This document shows positions 1 to 13,320 of a stretch of DNA of 64,000 nucleotides, piece after piece (the first letter of the stretch is position 1; the number at the start of each line of letters is the position of its first letter). Source of the stretch: Eledone cirrhosa (Eukaryota). A model generated the notes under the pieces. The model was not told where the DNA came from and ran no database searches. It saw only the letters and a program-made list of their open reading frames with translations. The translations under genes were made by a program, and so were the position numbers. The stretch is taken from contig OZ024741.1 in the NCBI GenBank assembly GCA_964016885.1, positions 352,098,001-352,162,000 of the forward strand, in the 5' to 3' direction.

Positions 1-994
1 TTATTGCAAAGACAATGCATTCCCCATTAAATGTTTTATTTTTGTAAATACTCATTATGAAATACAATTGAATATGATTATAAATCAGTTTTAGATAGTT
101 CAGACATGTATAATGTACAAAGTGAGAAAATGTTACCATATATTCGCATATAGGTTGCACATTTTCCAATGGAAATACATCAAAACCAGCATGTCATTTA
201 ACCTACATAACTTCAATTCCAAATATATGGTACATTGTAAAATAATGAGTAGTGGGGAGGTCAATTTACCTACAAGTTTATTTGGTAGTTTTTCATTGGG
301 AGGGGGGCGGCCAATATTTGTTACTTTGGTAACACTATCTACACCTGCCAAATCTCACTGAAAATCTACAATATCCTCCTTAGTTCCATTAATTTCATAT
401 TAATTACATCAACATTTTCAATGCCATTAGTATTTATGAATATTAAAAAATTCATTTATTGCTTCGGGCTATTAAATCCAAAATAACAATTTCATTACCA
501 TATTTCTCATGAAACACACTGCCTATGAAGTAATTTTTAAACTAAACAAGAATTTGGGGCTATTTAGTTATATAACTTAATTTTTCATTATTTAGCTAGT
601 GTTTGGAACAACAGGTTCTGACTTAAAATTAGAATGGAAGGTTTTCTTTTAATAAACACTTTGAAATAGTTTTGTATCATAGAACCAGGAGGGGTTTTCA
701 TGCCGCTAGGTATCAAGAGTTGAGTGGTGGTGGAGATTACTATTACTAGATACAAATATAAGAGGTGGGTGGGGTGGTGGTAGATTAGTATGCTGGTTAT
801 CTGTTTGAGATATGACATGTGATTTGATTTAAAGTTTAGCACTGGCCTGACACTTAGAGAAGGAGAACTAATAATTTAATGTCAGGGAGTGTGGTAGTGG
901 TGGTTAGGCTGATTTGAAGGTGTAGTGGGTGCTGATTTGAAGTTATGTGTGGGGACTGAACTGAAATAGTGTGTATGTATGTGTTGTTTTTTTG

Positions 995-1031
<37 letters not shown>

Positions 1032-1407
1032 TTTTACTAGAAGATACAAATCTGAAATCTGTTCTCTTTCAATGATGTTTATTAATTACATCTACTAATT
1101 AAACATCTAATTACTGGCCTTAAACTTCCTATCTCTCTTTACACCACTGTACTGTTATTGTCATTGCTATTACAACTACTACTACTACTACCACTACCAT
1201 CACCACTACTTTTACTGCTGCAGCTATGTCTTTATAGAAATTGTTGTTTACAACTAATTGGCAGTAGCCTTGATTATCATCTTAAAAATACTAGTCAGGC
1301 AGTACATCGAAGTTGAGGGTCATTGTTCTTAAGTTACTTTGTCATTGTGTACAATCTTATATACTCGTGCTATGTAAATTTGTACTTTTCTTTCTATTAT
1401 TATTACT

Positions 1408-1845
1408 AAGTTCAAATCCTGCCGAAGTTAGCTTGCGGAGTCAATAAAATTAAAGTGCCAGTAACACACTGGGGTCGATTTAATGGACTTTCCCCTCACC
1501 CTAAAATTGTTGGCCTTGTGCCGAAATCAATAATAATAATAATTATTATTATTCAAATCCTGCCACGGTCAGCTTTGTCTTTCATACTTCTGGTGTTGAT
1601 AAAATTAAGTATCAGTTAAGTACTGGGGTCAGTATAATCGGCTTTTCCCTTCCCCTAAATTGTTGGCTTTGTTCCTAAATCAGAAAGCATCATTAATATT
1701 ACTCAAATCCTACCGAAGTAAACTTTGCCTTTCATTCATTCTGGGTGAGGTTGAAAAAATAACGGACCAGTCAAGTACTGGGGTCAATTTAATTGACATG
1801 CCCTAACCCGAAATAGCTGGCCTTGTGCCTAAATCAGAAACCATT
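1408..1845 (+). mobile_element. Three tandem, 5'-truncated, diverged copies of tRNA-derived SINE family 1
   Basis: Repeats at ~1408, ~1552 and ~1703 of TTCAAATCCTGCC...CTTTGCCTTTCAT...TAAAATTAAGTACCAG...CTGGGGTC...TTGGCCTTGTGCC followed by (ATT)n/(TAA)n tails. Same family as 6344-6527. Confidence 0.8.
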
Positions 1846-2189
1846 ATTATAATTATTATTTAAACAATAAAATAGGTATGCAAGAACATAACGTATATTA
1901 GATTTAAGGTAAGTTTAATTTAGATATATCTACAAATTTTAAATTTAAAACCTTCACTGTGGAAAGAATGTACACAGATATTTGGACTTTTTAGTTTCAA
2001 TGAAATACATTTTTGTTCTTCTACTTCTTATTCTCTATTTTCACACCATCATAACATTTACCCCAGCATGCATGAGTGAGTTATGGTAAGTAGGTAATTT
2101 GTAGATAGTTGGTTTTTTAAGTTGGTTTTCGAGAGAGCAAATTCTCTCCATTTCTTATTAGCTGACTCCAGTGCCCTGTGCAAAGGCTC

Positions 2190-2470
2190 ATTGACTTAGT
2201 GGTTAGGGTGTTCAGTTAGTGATTAGTTTAATTCCTGGCAGGATGTCGTATCCTTGAGCAAGACACTTTATCTCACATTGATCCAGTCACTCAGCTGAAA
2301 AAAAAAAAAGAGTTGCATCTGTAATTTGAAGGATTAGCTTTGTGACACACTGAATCTATTTGAGAACACTGTTAAGGTTGCATGTGTCTGTGGAAATCTC
2401 AACCAATTGCATATTAACTTCACGAGCAAGTTGACTTGTTGATCAAACAACTGGAAGACTTGTCATCAGA
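2190..2470 (+). mobile_element. Diverged tRNA-derived SINE (family 2-like head)
   Basis: TAGTGGTTAGGGTG (A-box-like)...CCTTGAGCAAGACACTTTATCTCACATTG...CACTCAGCTG, matching the head of 10806-11146. Confidence 0.65.
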
Positions 2471-3315
2471 AGGGGTCTAAATACTCCAGTGTCTTGCTGG
2501 AAAAAATATGAAGACTGCAACTTTCAAAGATTTGTCTCTGTGTAGAATGACATTTTAACTCGTAATGGCCACACCAAACTGCATTAGCAAGACATTCTTA
2601 AAAAGTACAAAGCAGCACATTAAAAATTAATCTTTGATACTGCAAATTTTCACAGCGATCTGTCTACTAGTAAAGGTACTATAGACATTTGAATGAACAT
2701 GTCTATTTTTAGATATTTACTGTTAAATCATTACAGGATGTTAAGAGCTAATATTTTTATATTTTTTATGACGTGCATTTTTTCCTCTTCTAGTTTTTTA
2801 TCTTACGAACATTTCCCCCAGAATGCATGAGTGGCTTATGGTAGTTTGGTAATTTGTAGATAGTTTGTTTTTAAATTGGTTTTTGAGAGAACAGGTGCTG
2901 TTTCTCTAACAGGAACTACTCAAATTCTCTCCATTTCTTATTAGCTTACTCCAATTCCCTGCTATCCGAGACTGATTGCATGCAGCTTACCTAACAACAT
3001 AAAACAACCACCACAACAACAACAAAGTTCTGTGAAGTGGAAGTCTGCTGCTATTTTCTGCTAGGTTGATTGTGGCAAGTAGAGTAATCTTTTGTTTTCT
3101 GATGCTTAAGAAGCAAGCTTTGAATCAAGATAACATTTTAAGGCAGCCAATCTGAAGTGTTTCTCTAACTCCCTCCTTACCCCTCTCTCTGTCTCTCTTT
3201 AAATGTTACATAGAAGTCAAGACTAGAGGGGATTCTGTTTTTTTAAATTTTTATAATGAACAATGGACATTCTGTGAGGGGAATGAATGAATGGAATTAT
3301 ACATACACACACACA

Positions 3316-3359
<44 letters not shown>

Positions 3360-3599
3360 GTAAACAATGGAATGTTTTTTTTTATCTGAAGTCAATGAGG
3401 TTTAAAGGTTGTACTCCTGTAAATGAAAGAGTTAAGTCAAATGAAATGGTATTATGAAATTCTTTTCAAGAGTTGTATTGTACTGTTTATAGAAGGGTGT
3501 TGTATTCAGTTGTCTCTAATACTACTGTTACTTTATTCTCTGTCTGGTGGTCTTTATCATGTAACAGAACATGGTTATTTGGGATATTCTTCAGTATGA

Positions 3600-3880
3600 C
3601 ATCCTCATCACCATCCTCATTTCCATTATCATTGTTTTAAATGTTTCTCCATGCTTGCATGAATTAGACAAGTCCTCTCCACTTGTTTATTTCCTTTGGC
3701 ACTTCTTGAGATAAGCTTTCACCTTCTCTGCTCATATGCTTCTTCATCTTCCTCTTCCATGATTTTCTTCCACTTGCAACTTTTGGCACTTTTTCATCCA
3801 ATGATCATCACTCATGTACATTACATGGTTGTACCATTGTAATCTCCTCTCCTGCATGCTACAGATGATTCCTTGCGCAA
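3600..3880 (-). mobile_element. Highly decayed RTE LINE 3' end
   Basis: Minus strand translates as ...ICSMQERRLQWYNHVMYMSDDHWMKKCQKLQVEENHGRGR, homologous to the C-terminus of the 53498-55123 ORF. Confidence 0.7.
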
Positions 3881-4306
3881 GTATTCTGTTGTTTCATTGG
3901 TATCCTATCATCTTTACAAGCTTTTCATCTTGGCCAGTTTGATCACCATCCTACCGAGGTTAACTTGGCCTTTCATCCTTACGGGGTCAATAAAATAAAG
4001 TACCAGTAATACACTGGGATAATTGCTGGCCTTGTGCCAAAAGTAGTAACAATTATTATTTTCTTTTCTATGTTGGCATTGGTTGGATAAGACATTTGAG
4101 GCAGTTTTTCTAAGGCCAGCGCACCTTTCCCGACACTGAGCCATACTTATATTTTTAATTTCATATTCATAAATTTCATTAGTGTCTTTGAAAAGGATGT
4201 TTCTATCTTATTAATTTTTCACCATAGCAACACTAAGTTAAGTGAGTTTATTGACATAATTGTTGTGTCTAATGCAATGTTTTAGAACTGTTAATTAAAC
4301 CAAACA

Positions 4307-4349
<43 letters not shown>

Positions 4350-6343
4350 CTGGGGAAGACAGTCCTCCTTCTGTTACAAATCACATTGTAGATATTAGTA
4401 TTTTTCATTTGTTCTTGATCATGAATTTCCAATCGATTTTCCTCATGTTTGATTGATCTGTCTCTCTCAGTGAGTTGGGGTGGTGTAGTGGTGATAATCT
4501 ATCAGTAGTGAACTGCTGCCACCACCACTTTTTCTTTTTCTCCTCTTCCTTCCCGATATATATAATTATAAGATAAACAGTTTAGTATCATAGAACTAGG
4601 GGCAGTTTCATGTGTTTTGTTATCAAAAGTGTTAATGTTGTTCTTGGTTTCCCTTTGCTATATTTCATTATAAGGCAGTATGTTTCATTTTATAGTCAAT
4701 CTCACCATTATATATACACACACACACACACACACATCCTTACCATAATATATTCACCCTAGGGAGAGACTATAATTATTGTATATATATGAAACTTGTA
4801 CAGTATTCTATTTTGTATGTCTTTACTATTTGGCAACAACTTCTTGCTGATTTTGAATGCTATGTTGACTTGATGCTGTTGTTATTTATTTCGCCCCAGG
4901 TCAGCTCTGATCAAGCAGACTTGTGACCATCCTGTTCTGTTTTTTCAATGTCTTCTTTTTTTGTATGTGAACTTTTAGAGAAATCTGGCTGCTATTTCTA
5001 GGAAGTTGTGTGACTTCATAACCAGAAGTGATGTGTGAAATTTGGTAGACAAAAACTGTATGGAAGCTCATCAGATGTACTGTTCCTACAATTTCAAGGG
5101 CCAGCCTTGTGAGACATTGTATCATACTGAATCTCCTTGTAGAATACTCAACAACTTACACATTAATTTCAGGAAGAATCTGTTCAGTTGATGGAACAGA
5201 AACACTTACCATTGAAACTAACTGACTTTAATTTGATTCCATTCTGTAAATATATGTTCTTTTCTTGATGGTTGTGACAGAGGTCCATTCTATATCCAAT
5301 GCCATCTCTATATTGACCTAAAAAATGGTCATATTTTCTCATCTTTTGCATGTTTGGTCAGTCACATATTAATCACAGAACAATATATTTATTTTATATT
5401 AATATGCAATTAACATTAATTAGCCTTTGATGTACTGATATATGTGTGTTAATCATACTGTATAAAAATCTGAAAGTTTTATACAAGTGTGGCCAACAAA
5501 GAAATAATAATAATTATTATTATTACTGTAGTATTGAGTTGAAATCATGCCAAAGTCAACTATGCCTTTCATCTTTTCGAGGGTCAATAAAATGAAATAC
5601 CTTTCAAGTACTGGAGTCGATATACTCTACTCACAGTTGCTAACCTTGTGTCAATATTAGTAAAATATTATTAGAATTACACTTCTTTCAATAAATCTTT
5701 TCATAGCTACACTTTTAAGTCTGATGATGGTGTGAAGAAGTTGCTGGAATTAGCTGTTGATTTGTCTGATGATTGTCCACAACATTAGTTGGGGTTGGGG
5801 TTATAACCCCGATACTATTATTTTGTAACAGGACTAAACCTGTAGTGCATTAAAACAGAAATATTAAACTATGTTATCACTATATTTCTAATGAAAGATA
5901 CTGCTTATAATTTTTTAATTATTTTGAAAACAATCAAGAATCTGGAACGATTTAACTTTTTCATAATTGTAATTCTAATGAAATACACTCTATTTTAATT
6001 AATGAAGAATTTTGATGGATTTACTAAAATTATTAATTATTTCATTACTTATAAGGTTCTTATATAAAATTATGTTGGAAGATTTTCATTTAAATTGGAA
6101 ATCTTTACAATGGGTATTTTTATTTTATAGAACCAGAGCCAGTTTTGGCCAAGTTGGTAACTAATAGGGTAATAACATAGCTAACTTTCTCATTATTAAG
6201 TTGTTGTTCAGAATAATGATGGAAAGTTTTTAGATGAATACAAACTGGTTACACTTTATTGATAATGTAGTCTTGGTTACACTGTATGGAGGGTTGGGGA
6301 ACACCTTGGATAATGTAGTTTGGGTTACACTGGAAGAAATAAT

Positions 6344-6527
6344 TGTTTCTACTTTAGGCACAAGGCCAGCAATTACCCAGTGCATTACTGGTACTTTATT
6401 TCATCGACCCCGTAAGGATGAAAGGCAAAGTCAACCTCGGCGGGATTTGAACTCAGATCGTAAAGGGACGTAACTATGCTGGAAAGCATGGCGTCCGACC
6501 CTCTACTGATACTGCCAATCCACCGCC
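6344..6527 (-). mobile_element. Full-length tRNA-derived SINE family 1 with 17-bp target-site duplication
   Basis: Minus strand reads GGCGGTGGATTGGCAGTATCAGTAG...GAGTTCAAATCCC (B box)...GGCCTTGTGCCTAAAGTAGAAACA. Flanked by ACACTGGAAGAAATAAT at 6327-6343 and 6528-6544. Confidence 0.9.
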
Positions 6528-8645
6528 ACACTGGAAGAAATAATATCTTGATTACACACAGCCAGGAGAGTGGTGGAACACCTTCAATAATGTAGCCCTG
6601 GTTACACTGAGTAAGGGGGCTCATCATGAATAATGTGACCTTTGTTAAAACTGTCTGGGGTAGAGGACATTTTGGATAATGTAGTCCTGGGTACACTGGT
6701 TGGAGGAGTGGTGCTGGATGAATAAAACTAGAATAGGGTTACACAATCTGAGTTGATACCAAAGTAGCAAATAATAACAATATTATGAAACTTGGCAAAC
6801 GAACCTATTATATAGATATTGATATGAGGAGTTATCTTTTTAAAGTTTACTTCATTGTTGTTGCTGTTTAAAAGAGAGGGATAATTTATTTTAATTGGGG
6901 GTGGTTTACCTCTGACAATTGGCCAAATTAGAATTGAAAGTAAAGCCCAGCAAAGCCCCTCAAAGTCTTGTGAGATATTGGACTTCGTGCTCATATGTTT
7001 GCTAAGATCTGTTGCTGGTGTTTGTTTCATTGTTTCTGGGCAAAACACTTAATTCTACATTGCTCTAGTTCACTCACATAGATGTGGGTGTTGTAGCTGT
7101 TGTGACAGCTATATATGTATCATAACAATGTGAAAAAAAATGATACAATATCAAAATAACAGTTGCTCATTTAGGCCTTAATGGTTCATTGTGAAGACTC
7201 TTAACAATTTTGATAGCAAACCATCTGAAATCGCCTCCAATTCTAAAATAGTTACTAAGCTGTTTATTTTAAAGATCAAAACTATATCCTTGTTAACCAT
7301 GTTCAGTATAAATTCATTCCACCAAATTCTAAATTTGAGTTGGCTATTTTTAATACTATTTACCCAGAAATGCCTGAAATAACAATTACAGCATCAGTCA
7401 AAATGCCTTGAGGTATTTGCTCTGGCCTTGTTTGTTCTAAGTTCAAATCCTGTTGTAATCTACTTGGCTCATAAAATTAATCCATCATTCATTTTAATAC
7501 CCCTCTCTGGTCCTTGGCTGGTAGGCTTAATCCATTACTTCGTTTAACATCACCATATTGTCCTTGGATGTCTTTAATGATGTCTACCACCTTGTCCTTG
7601 AGTGTCTTTAGTTGTGTTCATCACTTTATCGTGAGCATTCAGGCCAGGTTGCCAGTTTGAGGATATTCCCCTCTCTTCTCTTGACCATGCAGTATTTATT
7701 TTAATGAACCTTCATTTTGATATCGATCATTATCTACATCACTTCATCATCTCAGTTGTGTTGACATGAATAAGAGGCATTTGTAAATCACACAAAAGGT
7801 GATGGCAAATCTTGGGTTGCTGCTGTTATTAACCACAGGATCTATATTATATCCTCCCCCCTCCACATATTGTAATCATCAATGCCATGTTTTTTCCACA
7901 TGCCCCATCCTGTCAATGGCTAGCATATTTAGATAAATTTTCCAGGCTTTTTAAGATATCAATATAGCGAATACTGACCTGGTCCAATGAAACAAAAACC
8001 ACACATTTCACAGAGTTTCTATTAAAAAAAATATATCTAGGTATTTTTTTCTTTAATTTTGTTACAAATACTGTTGTAATTTTTAATAAATCCTTCACAT
8101 GTCTTCATTCATTAATTAATTGAAATAGTTTATTTCATAAGGAATAAAGTTGTAAAACGATTAAGAAGCTGTTAAAGTGACTTAGTGTGTTTGTGGTGCT
8201 CACTCATGCACGCATAAAATATGTACACACACACAAATCTCTTATCTCTATCTTCACCTGTCAATAGATACAGATCAAATGCTAAAATTTACACTGCTAC
8301 CACCAATGCAAAAACACAATAGTTTCTAGTATAAGTAGGTAGATGATGCTCTTGGTGTAGTTAATAGCAATAACTGTTCAATATTAATTGAAGAAAGGAA
8401 AAAATCTCACTCACCTCCTTTCTTCATCATTCTCTCTCCCTTAACTTTTCTCTCTTTCACCCTTTCTCACGCCCCTCTCTTCACATTCCTTCTCACCTTT
8501 CTCTCTCACTCTGTACTGTCAATATAAAATCTTGTTATAGGTCGTTGCTTCTACCACTTAAATAAACATTTATATATATATATATATATATACTTAAACT
8601 TACCTATACTAATTATTATCTAGATACATATGACCTTAGCAACCT

Positions 8646-9356
8646 GTGCCCTACAAGACGAGCAAGAAAACCCACACAGAAAGATGGAACAGGTGGACCA
8701 GAGCCATACGGACCCCCAGAAACCACGATGAACTAAAGAAAATGATTGCACATGCGGTGGGGGCCAGTATAAAATTAACCCTTAAGGAACATATGTTCAA
8801 ATTTAATGGAAAAACATATGCCCAAGAGGATGGAGCAGCCATTGGTGTTAGCATTGCAGGTGACATAGCTAACCTATTCATGGTATGGTGGGACAATAAA
8901 CTTAAAGAACAATTAGAAGACAGCAGCCTCTTAACCCTGATAATGTACTCCCGCTACATTGATAATATAAACATTGTAGTAAAAACACCCCCACTAGAGA
9001 ACAGTCAGGAATTAGAGAAAAACACCATGGAAAGCATCCAGCAAATAGCTAACTCCATCCACCAGAGTATTAGTGTTACTATAGACTACCCAAGCAAACA
9101 CCCCAACCATCGGTTACCTGTACTAGACACAGAGCTCTGGTTAGAAACCATTAATAACAAACAAATCCTCCATTCCCAAATATCTGATCCACTGAAACTC
9201 AGCTGTTTCGGATCACACCAAAATCAACATACTGATTACAGATTTGGTACGGGTGATGAGAAACGTGTCCCACATGTGCAGCCCCAAAGAACTAGAGAGA
9301 CACGTACAACACTTCATCCACCGTATGCAGTTCTCTGGTTACAATCAGAGAGATAA
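8646..9356 (+). pseudogene. PLE reverse transcriptase fragment (disrupted)
   Basis: FKFNGKTYAQEDGAAIGVSIAGDIANLFM, YSRYIDNI (YIDD changed to YIDN) and LPVLDTELW. The frame is lost after ~9170. Confidence 0.85.
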
Positions 9357-9398
9357 AATCAGAGTATATATAGAGGAGCCAGAACCAAATGAGAAAAA

Positions 9399-10061
9399 AT
9401 GGTAAATAATGATACAAATGGGACCTGCCCATTGTATAGGAGCACATTTTGGAATAGAATAGAAAGAACTAGTTATAAGGTTAATAGAATAAACTCATGG
9501 TATGATAGCAATACATACCAGAGTGTAATGTTCATCAATACAACCTCTAGAGGTGAATTAGCTTACAAATTTAGAAGGGCCCTAGATAAACATAAACTTA
9601 ATATTAAGATAGTAGAAAGACCAGGTACCTCCATAAAAACACTTATTAGCAATACATACCCTTTTCAAAGACCTCCCTGTATAGATAAGAAATGCATAAT
9701 CTGTAAACTAAGCCCCCATATTAACTGTAAAACTAGAAATGTAGTATATAGCATAAGATGTACTGAAGGACAATGTAAAGATAAGAATATAGTGTACATA
9801 GGTGAGACAGCTCGTAGTATAGGAGAAAGGTTAAATGAACACTGGCGAGAACTTCAAGATAAAAAAGAATCATCAATACTCCCCCAACATGCTAAAATAG
9901 AACATAAGGACAAATTAGAGAACATAGAAATAAAAATAGAATCTACACACAGAAAAGACACAATGTTTAGACAAATCACAGAGGCAATAAACATAAATGA
10001 ACTCCAACCAAAATTAAATAGAAAACATGAATGGAATAGCAACATCACAATTTACAATTAA
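9399..10061 (+). pseudogene. PLE Cys-rich linker plus GIY-YIG endonuclease
   Basis: PCIDKKCIICK...CKTRNVVYSIRC...VYIGETARSIGERLNEH...RQITEAININELQPKLNRKHEW. Confidence 0.9.
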
Positions 10062-10240
10062 CGACAAAATGAAAACACACACACACACATAGAACAAACA
10101 GCCAACCAGTAACATGTAAATAAACAAATATAAACACACACAGACACCCGGATGTAACACATGCGCAAACTAAGCACACAAAAACAAGATGGCGTAGGAC
10201 AGAACAAAGGAGAGGCACAAAACAAAGAAAAGAATCCCCA

Positions 10241-10283
10241 GTCACTGAAAAGGTCACAGAATGTGTGACGAAAGAACTTTGAC
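10241..10283 (+). ncRNA. Degenerate minimal hammerhead ribozyme in PLE 3' region
   Basis: GTCA-CTGAAAAG-GTCACA(gaatg)TGTGAC-GAAA-GAAC-TT-TGAC. Stems I and II pair, but the core differs from CUGANGA. Confidence 0.55.
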
Positions 10284-10481
10284 AATATATGAACAACCGT
10301 CTGGTTATGGAACCAACCAACCAATTTATAAATTCTTAAATTTATAAATGTAATTTATAATAAATTGGAGTGAAAGCAACTGGTGCGTGTGTTTCTTATT
10401 GGCAAATGACCCTCCCAAAACATAACAATATCGGTTTCAACACACGTTTTCAGATAAGGAATCTTGCTAAACAAATTCAGA

Positions 10482-10484
<3 letters not shown>

Positions 10485-10545
<61 letters not shown>

Positions 10546-10743
10546 TATATATATAATATATATATATTGTTATACTTTGGGAGATTCTTGTTGCCAATAA
10601 GAAACACACGCACCAGTTGCTTTCACTTCAATTTATTATAATAAATTTATAAATTTCCGGTTGGTTGGTTGGTTCCACAACCAGATGGTTGTTTATATAT
10701 TGTCAAAGTTCTTTCGACACATTGCTAAACAAATTCAGAAACG

Positions 10744-10807
<64 letters not shown>

Positions 10808-12576
10808 AGGCACATGGCTTAGTGGTTAGAGCATTGGGCTTGCAATCGAAAGGTTGTGAGTTCAATTCTCAGACCGGGTGATGTGTTGTTTCCTTGAGCA
10901 AGACAATTTATTTCACATTGCTCCAGTTTACTCAGCTGTAGAAATGAGATGATAGGGACTGGGGTCCCTATCATTCCACTGTAAAGTGGTCGTGGAGGTG
11001 CCACGGCAAAAAAGCACCCAGCACTCACTGTAAATGAGGTTGGTGTTAGGAAGGGCATCCAGCTGTAGAAATCAAGCCAGCATCAGTTCCCGTCCCACCC
11101 TTGCAAGCAGGGAAAAAGCGGACGTAAAATGAAATGAATGAATGAATATATATATATATATATATATAATATATATATATTATATATATATATAATATAT
11201 ATATATAATATATATATATAATATATATATAATATATATATATTATATATATATATAATATATATATATAATATATATATATAATATATATATATAATCT
11301 ATAATATATGTATATATTATATAATATATATATAATCTATAATATATGTATATATTATATATATATATATGTATATATTATATATATTATATATATATAT
11401 ATGTATATATTATATATATTATATATATATATTATATGTATATATTATATATATATATTATATATAATATATATATATATATATTATATATAATATATTT
11501 ATATATATATATATATATGTATATATTATATATATATATTATATATGTATATATTATATATATATATTATATATAATATATTTATATATATATATATGTA
11601 TATATTATATATATATATTATATATGTATATATTATATATATATATATTATATATATATATGTATATATTATATATGTATATATTATATATATATATATT
11701 ATATATATATATGTATATATTATATATGTATATATTATATATATATAATATATTTATTTATATATATATAATATATAATATATGTATATATATAATATTT
11801 ATATATATAATATATGTATGTGTATGTGTGTATATATATATATGTGTATGTGTGTGTGTGTGTGTGTGTATGAAGTATGTATGTATATATGTGTATGTGT
11901 ATGTAAGTGTACGTTTTATATATATGTGTATATGTATATATGTATGCGTACATATATATATGTATATATATATGTATATACATATATATGTGTGTGTAAG
12001 TATGCTTTTGTGTTTTTGTGTGTGTGTTTGCATGTGTAGTTTTATTTTATTTTTCCTTTCCTTATCCTTTCTCCAGCCTCACTTTCATATAGATTGCATT
12101 TTTGGTTTTTAAAATCCAAATTCAATAAACAAACCAGGATTTTTTCATTCTGAGGATTGAAAGCAAAACCTTTTGCTTTTAAGAAACCACTGGTAAATGG
12201 AATAATTGCCTTATGTTGTTTATTACATAATAATGATATATAATATATATATATATAATATATTATATATATATAATATATTATATATATATAATATATT
12301 ATATATATATAATATATATATATATAATATATATATATATAATATATTATATATATATAATATATTATATATATATAATATATATATATATAATATATAT
12401 ATATAATATATTATATATATATATATATATAATATATTATATATATATAATATATATCATATATATATATAATATATTATATATAATATATAATATATTA
12501 TATATATATAAAATATATATATATAATATATTATATATATATATATAATATATTATATATATATATATATATATAA

Positions 12577-12616
<40 letters not shown>

Positions 12617-13100
12617 TTATATATATAATATATTATATATATAATATATATTATATATATAATATATATTATATATATAATATATTATATATATATAATA
12701 TATTCTATATATATATATATATAATATATTCTATATATATATATATATATATATAATATATTCTATATATATATATATATATATATAATATATTCTATAT
12801 ATATATATATATATATAATATATTCTATATATATATATATATAATATATTCTATATATATATATATATAATATATTCTATATATATATATATATAATATA
12901 TTCTATATATATATATATATAATATATTCTATATATATATATATATAATATATTCTATATATATATATATATATAATATATTCTATATATATATATATAT
13001 ATATAATATATTCTATATATATATATATATATATATATTCTATATATATATATATATATATAATATATTCTATATATATATATATATATATAATATATTC

Positions 13101-13132
<32 letters not shown>

Positions 13133-13162
13133 TCTATATATATATATATATATAATATATTC

Positions 13163-13194
<32 letters not shown>

Positions 13195-13320
13195 TCTATA
13201 TATATATATATATATATATAATATATTCTATATATATATATATATATATATAATATATTCTATATATATATATATATATATATAATATATTCTATATATA
13301 TATATATATATAATATATTA
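10485..13320. repeat. Long compound (TA)n microsatellite arrays
   Basis: Almost pure TA with periodic variants, interrupted by the inverted PLE repeat, a SINE and a short unique stretch at ~12000-12235. Confidence 0.95.
10806..11146 (+). mobile_element. Young tRNA-derived SINE family 2 with RTE-type 3' tail
   Basis: TGGCTTAGTGG (A box), GAGTTCAATTC (B box), body GTTAGGAAGGGCATCCAGCTGTAGAAA, tail CCCACCCTTGCAAGCAGGGAAAAAGCGGACGTAAAATGA. Near-identical copies at 22392 and 25210. Confidence 0.9.

Larger units (their letters stand above)
8592..10745 (+). mobile_element. 5'-truncated Penelope-like element (PLE), probably Neptune-type, with 3' pseudo-LTR and inverted copy
   Basis: RT motifs and a GIY-YIG endonuclease in two frames. 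The 3' region 10261-10430 is repeated in inverted orientation at 10566-10722. Confidence 0.9.

Noticed and set aside
113-361. Overlapping short ORFs at the window start
   Set aside because: No recognisable motif or clear splice signals, and the length is within chance expectation.
4880-4935. Acceptor-like TTTCGCCCCAG|GTCAG
   Set aside because: The downstream sequence looks like a decayed interspersed repeat (a similar motif occurs at ~27075), and there is no open exon with a donor.
5715-5775. CTGATGA...GGAATTAGCTGTT hammerhead-like motif
   Set aside because: GAAA is not intact and stems I and II pair poorly. It may be an ancient relic but cannot be supported.
10806-10885. tRNA-like A and B boxes
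   Set aside because: These are SINE heads that continue into a shared body and LINE tail, and no complete cloverleaf acceptor stem is evident.
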